NCBI GenBank assembly: GCA_976226885.1 | Contig: OZ320315.1 | Span: forward strand, 51,708,001 to 51,772,000 | Direction: 5' to 3' | Length of the DNA stretch: 64,000 nt | Source: Iphione sp. A-MEVVRFRX5 | Lineage: Eukaryota | Shown here: positions 27,551 to 39,959 of the stretch, piece by piece | Layout of the letters: each line of letters opens with the position of its first letter | Numbering within the stretch: the first letter of the stretch is position 1 | Translations under genes and position numbers: made by a program | Notes under the pieces: generated by a model | Told to the model about the DNA's origin: nothing | Database searches by the model: none | The model's input: only the letters and a program-made list of their open reading frames with translations

Positions 27551-28019
27551 TGAAAGAACGGCTTTTGCATTTTAGGTATGTTTATTTGAGTAAATGTATG
27601 TGGAAATATACTCACTCCCTGGAACGTTTGCTTGACTGTTAGTTCTGGGTAAAAAAGACGCTTGCCCATATTTTATACTGTCATAATTATAATAGGGATC
27701 AGTATACAGTCAGTCACCTCTTCACAACAAGTCCTGACTATAGGCCTAAAAAGTTACATATACTTCAAATGCAAGAAAGGTCACACGACACTTATAGTGA
27801 GGAAAAATGGTTATTTCAGCACATTTCTACTATTTACATATTCATCATACCATTTAGGGCCAGTTTCCATGTGTTGTATGTGCATAGCATTACATTATCA
27901 TCAACTGTAACAATGCATGGGAATGCAGGCTGGTGTCGTGTTACTTGCATTTGCAATGTACTTTCACACTGTTTTCCCATATTGTTTTGCATATTTTAAA
28001 TCAGAAAAAGAGTATATGT

Positions 28020-28280
28020 CCTGAAACTGTGCTATAATGGTTAAAACTCTGCACTTGCTTTTGCAAATATCCTGAATTTGTGCAATAATTGTTAAATTCT
28101 GTGGGTTTTTTTAAATGTCTTGAATTTGTGATATACTGTATAAACTGTGTATAAATCTCATATCGTAAGCCTGGCCCTAGGCTTACTTTCATACCCCGTT
28201 TGCATGCAATCATATGAAATCAAAAAAGCACTGTTCAAAATAAGCAATACGAATGCACTCATGTAATGCAGGTGTGGAAG
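28020..28280 (+). pseudogene. Possible decayed LRR relic
   Basis: AFANILNLCNNC*...TVYKSHIVSLALGLLS in one frame. Confidence 0.4.
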
Positions 28281-28399
28281 CCCTCTGGTTTGAATGTTTT
28301 GTTCACTAAAGACGCAAATCAACGCAAGGCAGACGCAATGCATTGATGCAAGTATGGAAATTACTATTTAATCATGACAGACTGACCCGTGCAGGAAAC

Positions 28400-28860
28400 T
28401 TACAAAGTGTACGAGAGCCATGTTGGCTTGCTGCATCTTGACTACATGTACAGTCAGGCTTCAGGCATACGTCAACATGGTGAATGTGACAATATCATTG
28501 TACGCTAAAATATGCTGATCCAATACGTCAAATTATGTACTAATTTGAATATATTCCCTGCTATGGCTGACATCTGAAGTACCAACGTCTGTCAGGACAT
28601 AAGATATCATTGTGTGGATGCCTCAGTCCACTAATCAGCTAGCTTAGATCAATCCGGTAGAACGTTAGAGCATGAAAAGAACACGGAGTGTAGGTAGTGT
28701 GCACTTTCATAAAAAAAAACAGAGGTCGCAGTATTGCATGCTCTGATTGGCCGGAAACGACGTCAGTCATGTGATGTTTCATGATTAGCAGTCGGGATGA
28801 AGTCCTCACAGGCGTTGCGAGAAAGGTTCCTTTTGTTGTCTGTACTGGCAATCACCCCTA
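28400..28860 (-). pseudogene. Possible decayed LRR relic
   Basis: TKGTFLA...TPCSFHALTFYRIDLS (28639 ORF); VLDQHILAYNDIVTF. Confidence 0.42.
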
Positions 28861-29200
28861 CGGTATTATCCACAAAGGATCTCTCTCTCACAAAAAACAT
28901 GCGGGTGTCTTGACCCGAGCTGACAGAGCTACAAGGAGAAAACCTTCACCACGGCTAACCCTATTATCCTTGGGAAACAATTTGCACCTGCTATTTTGAA
29001 AGGCGATGGAACTGAATGGGGATGAATGCTTCTTATCAGATGAAACGTTAGATTGTCCGACGGAGTCAACGTCAATTTACAGGATATTCGTTGAAGATTA
29101 GAGGTACATCACCACAGCAAGCAATGATGCAAGTCAAATTAATATAGATAACACCTATATGGCTTGATTTTAGATACACCACGGCCTAAAGAGGTGATTG

Positions 29201-29549
29201 GGCCAAAAAGAAAATATGTGTGTTCCTGGTAACCCACCCCTACCTAGTAAAACCTCACCCCAACTAAAAAAGCTTTTGGCCCAAAAAAGTTTCCAAGGCT
29301 GAATTTCCTTATCTACATGTTTTTATGGCACATGTTTTTGGTAAATTTAATAGAAAAACTAAATCCATGGAAATTCAGTAAAAAAACTGTAAACTGATCA
29401 AAATTATTTATATTATCTTAATTATTATTGAAAACCAGAGGAAGAAAGTGCAAAGAAAATTTTTAAAAAGTACCTCCCTCCCTACCTAGGTTTTTGGGTG
29501 GCCATTACCAGAAACACACCTATTTTTTTTGGGGGGGGGGTGTGCCTTA
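29201..29549. mobile_element. MITE family A, copy 1 (possibly PIF/Harbinger-derived)
   Basis: Imperfect TIR AAAATATGTGTGTTCCTGGTAA versus TTACCAGAAACACACCTATTTTT; right end GCCTTA. Confidence 0.6.
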
Positions 29550-30449
29550 CTTTAACCGGGTGTTCCATTCATGCTGTATACATAAACATAAATATATATG
29601 TGACACTTGGGGAGTTTATCTTCATTCTGGTACGAACAGAGCCTTTGATCATACCATATTAACCTACTGGGTTTCCTTCATGGTGGGGTCTGAGAGGCTG
29701 GTCAGAGGATCATATAGTTGTGTCACGTAGCTCATAGGTGCCCGAGTTATTCATCAACTTTGCCGTCTGAGATTGACGCCTGCTGGAATGAATGTAACCA
29801 AGCCAACCTATCCTTTTTTATTTGCTGCATGAGGATTACCTTTTCTATTCACGGTTTTTTTTCATACACTATACAGTTAGTCTGAGATATAAGAGTTAGG
29901 TCAATGTTTTCCTGTATTCTTGGATAAGTACATACAATTCAATTGAAGGACATCGTGTATTATTAGAATTAATTATCCATAAACAGTTTAAAAAACTGAA
30001 CTTTCTTTGCGTTCTAAGAAGTCAAAGAATGCGTTGTCCCTACCATGCACAGATAGTAATATATATTTATATTGAATAGATCACACAACACACACAAATG
30101 AAGGGTACTTATACAATTTCAGGCTTTATTCAAACAAAGATGAAAATTTGTAAGCTGATTGACGGTAGTTACAAGAAATATTCCATTATAATCCTAGCGC
30201 CATCACCTTGTCACGCCAACCTGTTATGTTGACAGGGTGACTGAAATCAATATTATTGGTTCCTATATCAATATACAAATAAACGCCTTAATTGGCACAT
30301 ATGTATATATGTACTCTGCCCTAAGGGCATCATTTGAAGGGTCATCAGCTAGAGCAAGAGAGATACCCCCATAAGGCCTCTAGTATTGATTACCCTATCC
30401 ATTATTTCTTATCCAATAGAGATAGTAATGAAGAGAAAAGACGCTCGAG

Positions 30450-31080
30450 GGCTCTTCCTTTAACCTATTATATATGTCAGATATATGCCCTTTTGTGTGC
30501 GTCTTTGTGGAACAGCGCAAGCCGTCTCGTGTCCAATGTCAAGACACGCTGACTGCCAACGACCAGGACGAAGATTACCCGCCACTAATTTTACATCGGG
30601 TGCCTCGGATGGAGATTCAGGCCGACCTGGAAGGGCCTTCACTGCCTTTTCTGTCTGAAAGCTACAAGGATTCCTGTCTATGTGCTTCCTGACAGTAGTA
30701 AGTGTAGGTCTTTGCCATCAAAGGCAGTGACTCGTGAAATGCATGAAAGAAGATACATCTCGCTTGAATCGTTCAGGGTGTTCTTATGACCTGAAAGGAG
30801 AATGAAACTTTTAAAATACAGCTCAGTGTCTCTTTCGTGCTTGTTTTTAATTACCACCCAAATTAACATGAATACAAGGTAGTTCGCACTGACTTCTAGA
30901 ATCGTCCCGGGGAAATGGCAAGTCGTGTCTACTTAAGTTTATGGACGTTACTTTGAATTGTGCATAACGGACAGAGAAGATACAGAGCTGCAATTCACAG
31001 CAGTCCACGGACCATGGGGGTATATGTAATGTACATGTAACACACTGTGAACGCAAGACCCTGGATTTATTAGTCATACA
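30450..31080 (-). pseudogene. Decayed LRR relic, best-preserved N-cap
   Basis: CVTC...VDCCELQL...VTSINLSRHDL...HVNLGGN (30847 ORF); SEMYLLSCISRVTAFDGKDLHLLLSG (30678 ORF); HIDRNPCSF. Confidence 0.65.
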
Positions 31081-31239
31081 TTAAATGTTAAAAAGGAAAA
31101 GTGACCCAGCAATTTGTGGTATAAAAAATTGAGGAACTGCATCCACACCGAGAGATGCAATTATGTATGTTCCGCAAGGAGGGAAACATCATTTTGGTAT
31201 CCCTCTGGAAACAGACGTCTGGTAATTACTCTTCTGTGA

Positions 31240-31920
31240 GAAGATAGTCCTAACCGACAGTATAGGAACGTGCAAGCTCTCCTGATGATTCTGAATGTCG
31301 TGAGACAAACAGATGCGGCGTCAGTGGAGCATTAACGGATGGTAATTAAACGTAATACAACTGGATCCCGGTGGCCAAGGAAGAATCTCCCATGGTGTAC
31401 TGCCGTCAGATCAGAACCTGAGAATTCCAGGGATAGGTTTACGGTAAGATGAATAAAAAGACGGAAGTCACCTAAAAAAAAACATAATGATAACCATATT
31501 TTCGGTTTGTTTTACAATCTGAGTTATTTATTGTGGCACAGAACAACAAAGAGGGATGACTGGTAGTTTTTTTTAAATACTGAACAATAAAAGAGAGTAT
31601 TCGTTTGTTATTCAAAGCATTTATCTGAGGATGTCGGCCCCGTCAGAAGGTTTCGATAGCTCAGCTAGTCAGAGGGAGATCTTTCTCCTGTACATAGTTC
31701 AGCACAGAGAACAAGATTATCCGAATGTCTAGCAACAAGTTCACATTGTACCACATCGCTTTAGCTATAGGTAGATTTGTTAATGCAGCGTTACGACAAG
31801 GCTTTCTTATATTTGTGTCTGCCTACCATTGTTTAAATATCAGTAACGCTGTATGTAACGAAAATTGTCAGTGGATTGCTGATTCTCCGCCAGGCTGGCG
31901 TGCCGTTCTCGATGCATGAA
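31240..31920 (+). pseudogene. Possible decayed LRR relic(s)
   Basis: QYRNVQALLMILNV; KNLPWC; SSNKF...NAVCNENCQW (31725 ORF). Confidence 0.33.
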
Positions 31921-32259
31921 ATTTGTCCGGTAAAATTAGCGGCATGGCACATTTTCACCTTTTATGAGTCCATTGTAAAAGGCCTCAGTCTTTCCCTTCG
32001 GGATTTTAATAGTCTCTGTATGCTGGCGTGGCCTTCGATGTGCCTTTAGTTTACGACGCAGAGCGTGAACACGAGGATGCGGACCGGATGAGGATGAGAA
32101 CCGGAACTTGATTCCGTTTCTTTCAACGCGGACACACTTTTCCGTTATCGTTTCTGATCTTTCTTTAATTGAACCCGCCAGTAACAAAAGGATCCACTTG
32201 ACTCTTTTTTTAACCTTCCTTTTCTTTTACTGTATGAAAAGTTTCCTAGGGATCCCCTA

Positions 32260-32610
32260 AAATATGGCAATCGTGTTTCTAAACACTACAGACGGGGACA
32301 TTTGTACGCCAACAACCGTCATCTTCAGTCACTCCTCAGAGGTGGTTGTTATACGTCTCTTAGGTGGATGAAAACGGCCTGCGAGGTAGTAAGCTGCCGA
32401 TACTGTTTCTAAATAACTAAAGTGGGCAGCCTCTCCATTCAGTTATTGCAGCCGCGAGCATGCAGGAAATAGGCATATACGGCATCAATTCGCCATTTCC
32501 CTAACGCGATTAGGTTGCCCTCTCGCAGGTTCACGTTGTTGGCCGTTCACAAAAGCAACCTGGCTGCAAATACTCGAAGAAGGACTACTTTGGTACAAAA
32601 GTGTTGGCAG
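32260..32610 (-). pseudogene. Possible decayed LRR relic
   Basis: NVNLREGNLIALG; MERLPTL; LTTSQAVFIHLRDV. Weak match. Confidence 0.28.
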
Positions 32611-32888
32611 CCTTAACACAAGAGCAGGATGTCGGGGTTTTCCGAGAATCACTGATATTGTACATTATTGTAAATTGCACGTATATTACATTTACACGTG
32701 CATGATATATATATTTATATATATCCAGCCAGATCTTACTACTTCACATTCCTATATAGTTCCAGCAAAAAAGGCAATAACTTCATTATTATCAAACAGA
32801 TAAGTAATAGCTTCATTATTGGAATAATATAATGACAGTATTTCAGGTGATTGAATAATTAAGTCAAACTTTATGCAACCATAGCTAT

Positions 32889-34289
32889 TCAAAATAATTG
32901 AGGAATGGCTGTATAAATAATTTTGTGCTCTAGTCCTGTAGAAGGCCTCTTATAGGTCATGACAGCAGTAGATTTATGTCCACTTCTAGATGCTATTGCT
33001 TGTTTGTCAAACTTATTGTCATAGAGAGTAGTACAACACGTTACTTTGCCAGAATGACCAAAATATTTGCAGCAGTGAACATGTCTTTCATATACATCAT
33101 TAATTTGTTGATTCCTACATATTGGGAGCTAAATGTAATTTTACTATTAACATTTGGCAAAGGCCTACTATAGAACTGACCAGTCTGAGGAATCGACTGT
33201 AGGTATTTTTGGAAAGTTTTGACAATACAACATTGGTTATCTGGTTGTGAGTAATGCTTAATCTGTCTTGGTGTACAATTAGAATTGAATTTACCAGTAA
33301 TCATCTTAGCTTACCTGCCATTGTACAAAATATATCTGCTACCATCTTGATCATTACCAAATGTATTGCTCAGCCATTAGACAGCTGTGCTCATCTTTTG
33401 CTCTAATCCCAAATATTTTACAATTATAGAAGTACACTGCATATGAAAGGAATAAGGCATCTCTGAAACCAATGACCTCACTGTCCCATAGTTTACCTTT
33501 ATACTCAGGAGACACTGGATCAGCACAACAGGGTGTAGTGCCAACTCCTTTCACATTAAGTGCCTTCCTCCTGGCATTGAGGGTATCATGAAATCTTTTA
33601 ATATTCTTATCTTTCTTCAGAAACCAGATGCTGGGTCTATGGAGAGAATCACACATGTACCTCTGAAGTCCAATCGAAATATATTCCTGAAATAATACAA
33701 GAAGGACATATTAAGAATGCAAGTCAATAAGAAAGCCTTAATCTAAGGGAAAAAAGAAAAAACAAGTGAAAATATCCACATCTGCTTTCCTTATTTCAAT
33801 GATGAAGCATGCCAACCAAAAGTCAAGCCTAGGGAGGTCATTGCTATCCCGAGATGGAATCGGCCACTGGTTGTACTACTTAGAATCTTCAGTCCAGTTG
33901 TGTCATGTGCACCATCCATTGTGTAATGATAATGCCCACTTTAATGCCAATTGAGTATTTTTCAGAATGTGTTGATCCAATATGGATTGAAATTCATGAA
34001 ACAACAAGATAGGATCAAACCTGGCTTGGAAATGAGAATAATCAACATCAGCCAACTTGGGAGGCTCTCAAGGAGTTTCAGGAACATCACCAATGGCCGG
34101 AGCAGTCATCAGGGTAGTGTACACTTTCTCAGAAGAGTCCTCCTGTGTGTTGTCAGCATATGTGTTGTCCAATGCCTCCACTTGAGAGAGGAGATCCAGA
34201 TCAAAGCCAAACATTGATTCATCCATCTCGTGCTCTGTATAGATTCTGACAGCTTCCAGTCCACTGTGCCTCATATTATAGGATTTCTG
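32889..34289 (-). mobile_element. Crypton-type tyrosine recombinase pseudogene (DUF3504/ZMYM-QRICH1-like), intron-containing
   Basis: NTQLALKWAL, WLACFIIEIRKAD, SIGLQRYM, FHDTLNARRK, VYFYNCKIFGIRAKDEH, YVGINKL, GHSGKVTCCTTLY, SGHKSTAVMTYKRPS. Acceptors tatttcag (about 33690) and cttcag (about 34290). Frameshifts near 33355 and 33060, plus internal stops. Confidence 0.88.
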
Positions 34290-35708
34290 AAGAAAGAAAA
34301 CATGTCATCCTTACATCAGACTGATAAGCCTTGCTCTGCTGTCTTCCACATGTGTCTGAGAGTAAAGCACACAATTTAGTTACATTTCAAGCCACAGCAC
34401 CATGGTGATGCCCTTATGCGCACCCTCACATGTGCTACCAAGAAACATTGTATATACTGTGTGCCCTAATGTCCCTAATGCTGCAGACAATGTATTTTAC
34501 TGGGTTGTGACTTTAAGTGAGATATGGCCCTCGCAGAGCATGTACTTGATATATCACTGTATAATCGTCTCGGCCAAGCCTCGATGATTATATGGTAAAA
34601 TATCATGTGCAGTGCCCTACTCATGCTATATCTATCACATAAACCCAAAGTTGAAGTAAACAAAATGTGTCGTGCAATATAGTGTTCCTATAAAACAAAA
34701 ACAGTTTTACATGTGCGTATTGTATTATTTATTAGTTAGACAGAATCCAACGATATATTCGAAAGACTGTGAGCAGAGGAAAAAGGTTAGATTTCCCTAA
34801 GAGCCAAATTACATTCTAAAAGAATGTGCGCAGAATGAGAAAGCTTCATGGAAACTCAGCTTGGAAATTCCTACCACGAGTACACTGAGAGGAGCGGCTG
34901 AATTGAAATGTCAAGCTTAGCTCCACGGCATCCCCTGCGGTATTGATCCCTTCAACCGCCTTACTGTCAGTAATAAAAGATGCATGGGCTGTAAGCAATC
35001 AGTACCCCCAAGCAGCAGGATAGATTATATTAATGATAGCAAGCTGCATTTGTAAGTAGCATGCTAATATCAGCGCGTAACCTAGTTTTTTCATAGTGTA
35101 TCGGCACAATGTTCTCAGTGCTGAATTTATACATGCAGTTTGACATCACAAACAGGAAGTTGGCCGGCTGATGATTTAGAATTTACTCTATATTATGACT
35201 ATATGTTAACTACACTGGTTGGCTGTTTTCATTCCTCATTAACATTCATACGGCACTGGAAACCTTAGACAGGCCCACTAGAAGTAGGCCTACTTACGTT
35301 CGCCTTTTTCGTAATTTTTTTCAACAGTCTATGAATTAATTGTCTTTTGCACACAAGGTTCGTGTGCATGCGGATATTTATATTAATGCATAATAAACAT
35401 AAATCTATTTCCTGACAACAACCACGTCCCACTCTGATTGAGACTTTCGTATATGAATCGCAACCGCTAGATTTTGATTATCTGCGTAAATTTCTTTTTT
35501 CCTCAAATTATACCATGTCAGCTTTATGTCTAGTCTTTATATCCAGTACGCGAGTATAAGGCTCAATTATTAAACAAAGGCAGTTTATTGTAACGTGGGT
35601 AATGATGTTTGGGGAAAAAAAACTTCCACATAGAGAAGTGAAAAGAGAAAAAAAGACATACTTACAAAGGAGAGTGACTGGCACATTAATTCCAGGGGCA
35701 GGACGAGT

Positions 35709-35826
35709 AAGAGGAGGAGGAGGAGGAGGAGGAGGAGGAGGAGGAGGAGGAGGAGGAGGAGGAGGCGGAGGAGGAGGAGCAGAAGCAGGAGCAGGAGCAG
35801 GAGTAGGAGCAGGAGCAGCAGGAGCA
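35709..35826. repeat. (GGA)n microsatellite followed by (GCAGGA)n
   Basis: Directly visible; explains the poly-Pro, poly-Gly and poly-Leu ORFs. Confidence 0.97.
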
Positions 35827-35879
35827 GCATGTTTACCAGACATAACAACAGTGTTATGTAATGTACATAAGCTGTCTCT

Positions 35880-36450
35880 GTGTATAACCTTTTGACACGT
35901 AGTTCACTCTTTGAATACGGTACGACAGAATGTTTTGCAGAATATTTGCTGATCATCTGTTTACATTGTGAGCGATTTACTGGTGATGCACAGAAACCCA
36001 AACCGGTCAGTCCAATGTCGGAGCCCACAGCCTTTGCAGGCCGAGGGTCTGTCCGTAAAATTAACACTTACGCTCTCATCTGGAAGGACATATTACAATG
36101 GCACTTCCTGCTTGGTGATTATCTGCCCCTCTCGAGAACCGATGGGCACATTCAAGAGGGCTTCTGGAGGGGAATTCAATCAATGTAGGCGGGAGCCACC
36201 TCCGCCCCAGCAGCGGATTAATAAGAATTATCGTTTCAGACAACATCCGGTCGTTCCCGCGTCACCCAGGATCAATGTGCCACGGTCGATTTACCAATGG
36301 CCACATGTGTAGACAGGTCGTGGTGAGGATGGTATCGATGTTAGCTACAAACTGGACCGATCGGTGGCCGCAGGTGTATACCAGAAGACCTCTCGAGCAG
36401 TCTCGTCTGCCAAGGCCAGCAACTCTATATATGCTGCGTCATACTCTCAG
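35880..36450 (+). pseudogene. Decayed LRR relic
   Basis: SEPTAFAGRGSVRKINTY and HIQEGFWRGIQSM (35880 ORF); CIPEDL downstream. Confidence 0.55.
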
Positions 36451-36799
36451 GCGGCGCTCAACGACCCCCGGGTATTTTAGCCTAAATGTCAAGTATTCCT
36501 TTGCATATGAGAACATAAGGGGTTTCATCTACAGGATACATTTACTATTCAAAAAGTATCATCATGTGTTACCGCACCCATTGCTTTCTTAGGCTCTGTG
36601 GGCCATATGGAATTCATGCAATTATAATGTAAATGTATTCAATTGCATACGTATACATATCTTTTGTCTTTTATCAACCTTCGAAATATGATATTCTCGT
36701 TCAACGAAAGCAACAGTGTTTTAAGAAAGGACATACCAATATGCTTGATCTCCTCTATGTGTTCTAAAATATGTATATGAATTGTATTGCATCAAAATA

Positions 36800-37560
36800 T
36801 TATCAGACACATGTCATAATCATAAAATATGTGGTCTCATTAACACCTACACGCTACCTATATTGCTTCGTGGGCACTTCTCTCATACGGTGTCTTTGTT
36901 GCACAGTCCTCAGCCCCCATCGTTTGGGAAGGCTTCTCATGCAATACTACTTTCAGCAGTTGTTTTTCTATCAAATGAGAAGGTTCACTATGGCAAACGG
37001 CTTTAGAGGCAGACGCCGTCAGAAATAGACAGAAGCCAATCCAAGAATGTGTCTAGATGCGGAAACCAACATTATACATTTTGAGCTCAGCGAAGGGTTT
37101 CCCAATGTGACAGGATACATGATTAAGAACTGTGGATTGGAGCACTTGAATGTGTACTCTGTGAGCCATGAAGCTCTTCATTCTAACGAAATCCTTTAGA
37201 GGAGACTTCGGTTTCTTTCTTGGAGATGTAGGCATGAGTTTAGGCACCTCTTTTAAAACGTGACTATACATTTTATCACCAAGAGAATGGAGAGTTATGA
37301 AATTTAACCTTTAGAACTTTGCCCATTGCAAAACAGCTAGACCTGTCACTGAAAATTACCCTGCATTATTCAGGTCATCCTTGGTGGATTCTTGGTCTTC
37401 TCAGGGCAGGTCACTTGTGCACGATAAACCATACAAGCAACTCATATTGGTTTGGCGTTTTATTCAACAATTTACACTGGTTCCTCCTTTCGCAGGCGTA
37501 CTTTATTCCCTCATCTGAACAACCAAACTTCAATATGACACACAGTGTTCTCTTACAATG
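36800..37560 (+). pseudogene. Possible decayed LRR relic
   Basis: NCGLEHLNV; LDLSLKI...VLFNNLHWFLLSQ (37319 ORF). Weak match. Confidence 0.28.
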
Positions 37561-38149
37561 TACATGTAAATGTACATATAAAATGGGGCAGCGATGGCAG
37601 AGGCGAAAATAAAAGAATATACCGTATTGGAGAACTTGTTCAACTCGCTGTTGACGCCTGTGTGGAGGGCACGGGCTAGAGGAGGTTTATTTTTACGAGC
37701 CTCCCGTTCTGTCGAGTCAGCAACATTCAAGATGGCAGCGGGGGCTTATTGACGCGCGTTCGTGGTAGAGGCCCCCGGTGCGCACAGTAGTACGACGTTC
37801 ATTGCCTGAGCGATAGTCATTTTCTCCAGATTGCAGGCGAGATGCCTTTATCTCCGGCGTCTAGCTAAGGCCAGCAATAGGTGGGGAAGTCGCATTAACC
37901 ACACATCAGCCCCCTCCACCCATTTTTACATCACACTGAAGCACAGGCAAACCGGTAATTCTTTTTGATGTAAGACTAAAGAACACAGTGGGTGGATGGA
38001 GGGGAGAGCAATGAACACTAGTAGTATAGGGAACTGTCACGCAACTAGTAAACGATCGAGCCAGGGCGAGGCATAATATTGATGAGCTACCTGTGTGCAC
38101 CAGGGGGCTAGCTGTATATACGCATCTTTAACACTTCACTATTCGTTTC

Positions 38150-38770
38150 ATTTACAGAGGTAATCCAGTGGAAAGCGTCGTTACGTACTGATCAGAAGAA
38201 TGTCTGTTACCTTAGGAGGCCTCATTTCCCAGAAGGGACACACGCAATGCTAGCATTTGCACAAGTCATCTCCATTCGTTGATATTTCCATTTGATTTTC
38301 GTTTAATTATAGCAAGAGAGTAGTCTTTGTTGTACAACATATAGAGTCTGTTCTCCACCAACAAGTTGTACAAACATTTTTATTCAGTTCTGGCATCCAA
38401 ATTGAAAATGAGGATATGTATCCCAGCTGGTAGATAACAGCAGGAGCGATGCCTCTCTGAGTCCATACAAAGTAAGGAGAGAAATGAATTTAAACACAAA
38501 TAGAAGTATATCTGGCTCGACAGCAAATACACTTGTAAATATTCTATACTTCAGTACATGTATAGGATCCTTTAGCGATAGTCAGAATGGATCACTGATG
38601 ACAACGAATTCTTCCAATGGGACAACTTCTTACTTTCTACACCTTTACAGAATGCCCCATTCTGTTTGAATACAATGCATGTTAAGGATCGAACTAACTG
38701 AGCTAAAAAGAACTTCCTTGTCGTAATAATTCTATTAAAGCGCAGTGCATTTAGATAGTTCACTTTTCAA
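38150..38770 (-). pseudogene. Decayed LRR relic
   Basis: LNALRFNRIITT...AQLVRSLTCI...KNSLSSV (38572 ORF); Cys-rich end LCKC*HCVCPFW...VTDIL. Confidence 0.45.
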
Positions 38771-38939
38771 CAATACATGAATACGAGTAGTATTTTATAT
38801 ACTTATGAAGTAGCAAGCCCAAGCCTTTAACACCGACGATATCGCTGTCTCCTAACTAAGAGGGATATCCCTTTGGCTTATTAGGCATAAATCCTACTTA
38901 TTCATGTTTTCTCATTCTGTTTTCCTCTAGCGAAAGCAT

Positions 38940-39180
38940 CATGGGCGCCTTGTTTAGCTGCTGCTTGAAGGGTGGCGCTCTTGAGCAGCTCGGGGTTGGA
39001 GGTTTCAAACCACGTGACAACCGGCGACAGACGTTGCAGTCTTTGCTAAGCGACCGAGACAATCCGAACGTCGATGGCAGAAAGCACTGCCCGGCACCTC
39101 CTACAATCAGAGAAGTAAATACCTGTCATTTTCGCTATAAAACTGTCAACTTGTATTCATGTTTTAGGCCGTACAACTGA
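38940..39180 (+). pseudogene. Possible decayed LRR relic
   Basis: LEQLGVGGF, LQSLLSDRDNP, CPAPPTIRE (38941 ORF). Weak match. Confidence 0.22.
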
Positions 39181-39349
39181 TCATTGATGAAAACTACACT
39201 CACTACATAGAAGTTCAATAGAACGACCACCGATTGTTCCTCACTTATAGCATTTTCACAATATAACGCGTAGCGTGCATGCATATAATGGGGGACAATA
39301 TTGGAGATCTGATTTTAACCTATAACCAAACTTATGAATGACATTAAAA

Positions 39350-39900
39350 TTTCCTATCTTTTTTCATCTCTTTTATAGGAAGGCGCAACGACACCCACGT
39401 CTCCCTCGACAGGACCAGGGCCCCTGCACAATGGTCAGGGAGGCGTCGGGCGGCCCGACAAGCTCGGCAACCAGCAGGTAAAGCGTCCCAACTATGGAGG
39501 TATTCAGCAGAAGTCGGCAGGCTACTGAGAACAACCCGACTGTGCATACATTTATTGACAGCAAAATACAACAAACTTGTCTATGTGGGCTCCTTGTCGT
39601 TCAGCATTCGGATTGTGACAACTTTGAACGGTAGTACTATCCTCGACAGGCACACAATATACCTATGAGCTAAAATGTTGCAGCTAGCAGCGAGAAGAGC
39701 ATGCCCACATGGATGTTGGGCCTTTTCAGCAAGGTCATCGAATGTAAAACTACGTGTTAAAATGAACAAAGTACATGTACATGTAGTCAACATATCTGAT
39801 ATACAATGCTGGGTTTTAAAGAGCAGATTCCTCCATGAGGTTCTGTAATAGTGGGCTCGGAATCTCGTGGATCTGATAACCACCGCCGGTGATGCATATT
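39350..39900 (-). pseudogene. Decayed LRR relic with LRRCT start
   Basis: RSFTFDDLAE (39581 ORF); LSINVCTVGLFS...IVQGPWSC (39373 ORF). Confidence 0.5.
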
Positions 39901-39959
39901 GCAAGTTAAAACTTGTAGATACGTTAAGTGCTTTGGCAATGACTGGCTGTATGATTAGA

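Noticed and set aside
28742-28776. Cluster of CCAAT (GATTGG), ETS (CCGGAA), CRE-like (ACGTCA) and E-box motifs followed by a signal-peptide-like MKSSQALRERFLLLSVLAI
   Set aside because: The ORF stops after 38 codons, no downstream exons were found, and the region overlaps a minus-strand LRR-like relic. Probably coincidental.
35508-36067. Poly-Pro, poly-Gly and poly-Leu ORFs
   Set aside because: Artefacts of the (GGA)n microsatellite.
36400-36450. YDAAYIEL, resembling a PIN/VapC toxin motif (minus strand)
   Set aside because: Isolated 8-residue match between stops in eukaryotic DNA; the opposite strand is better explained as an LRR relic.
37195-37250. GDFGFFLG, resembling an ENaC/ASIC pore motif
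   Set aside because: Short, bounded by stops, and no other channel features.
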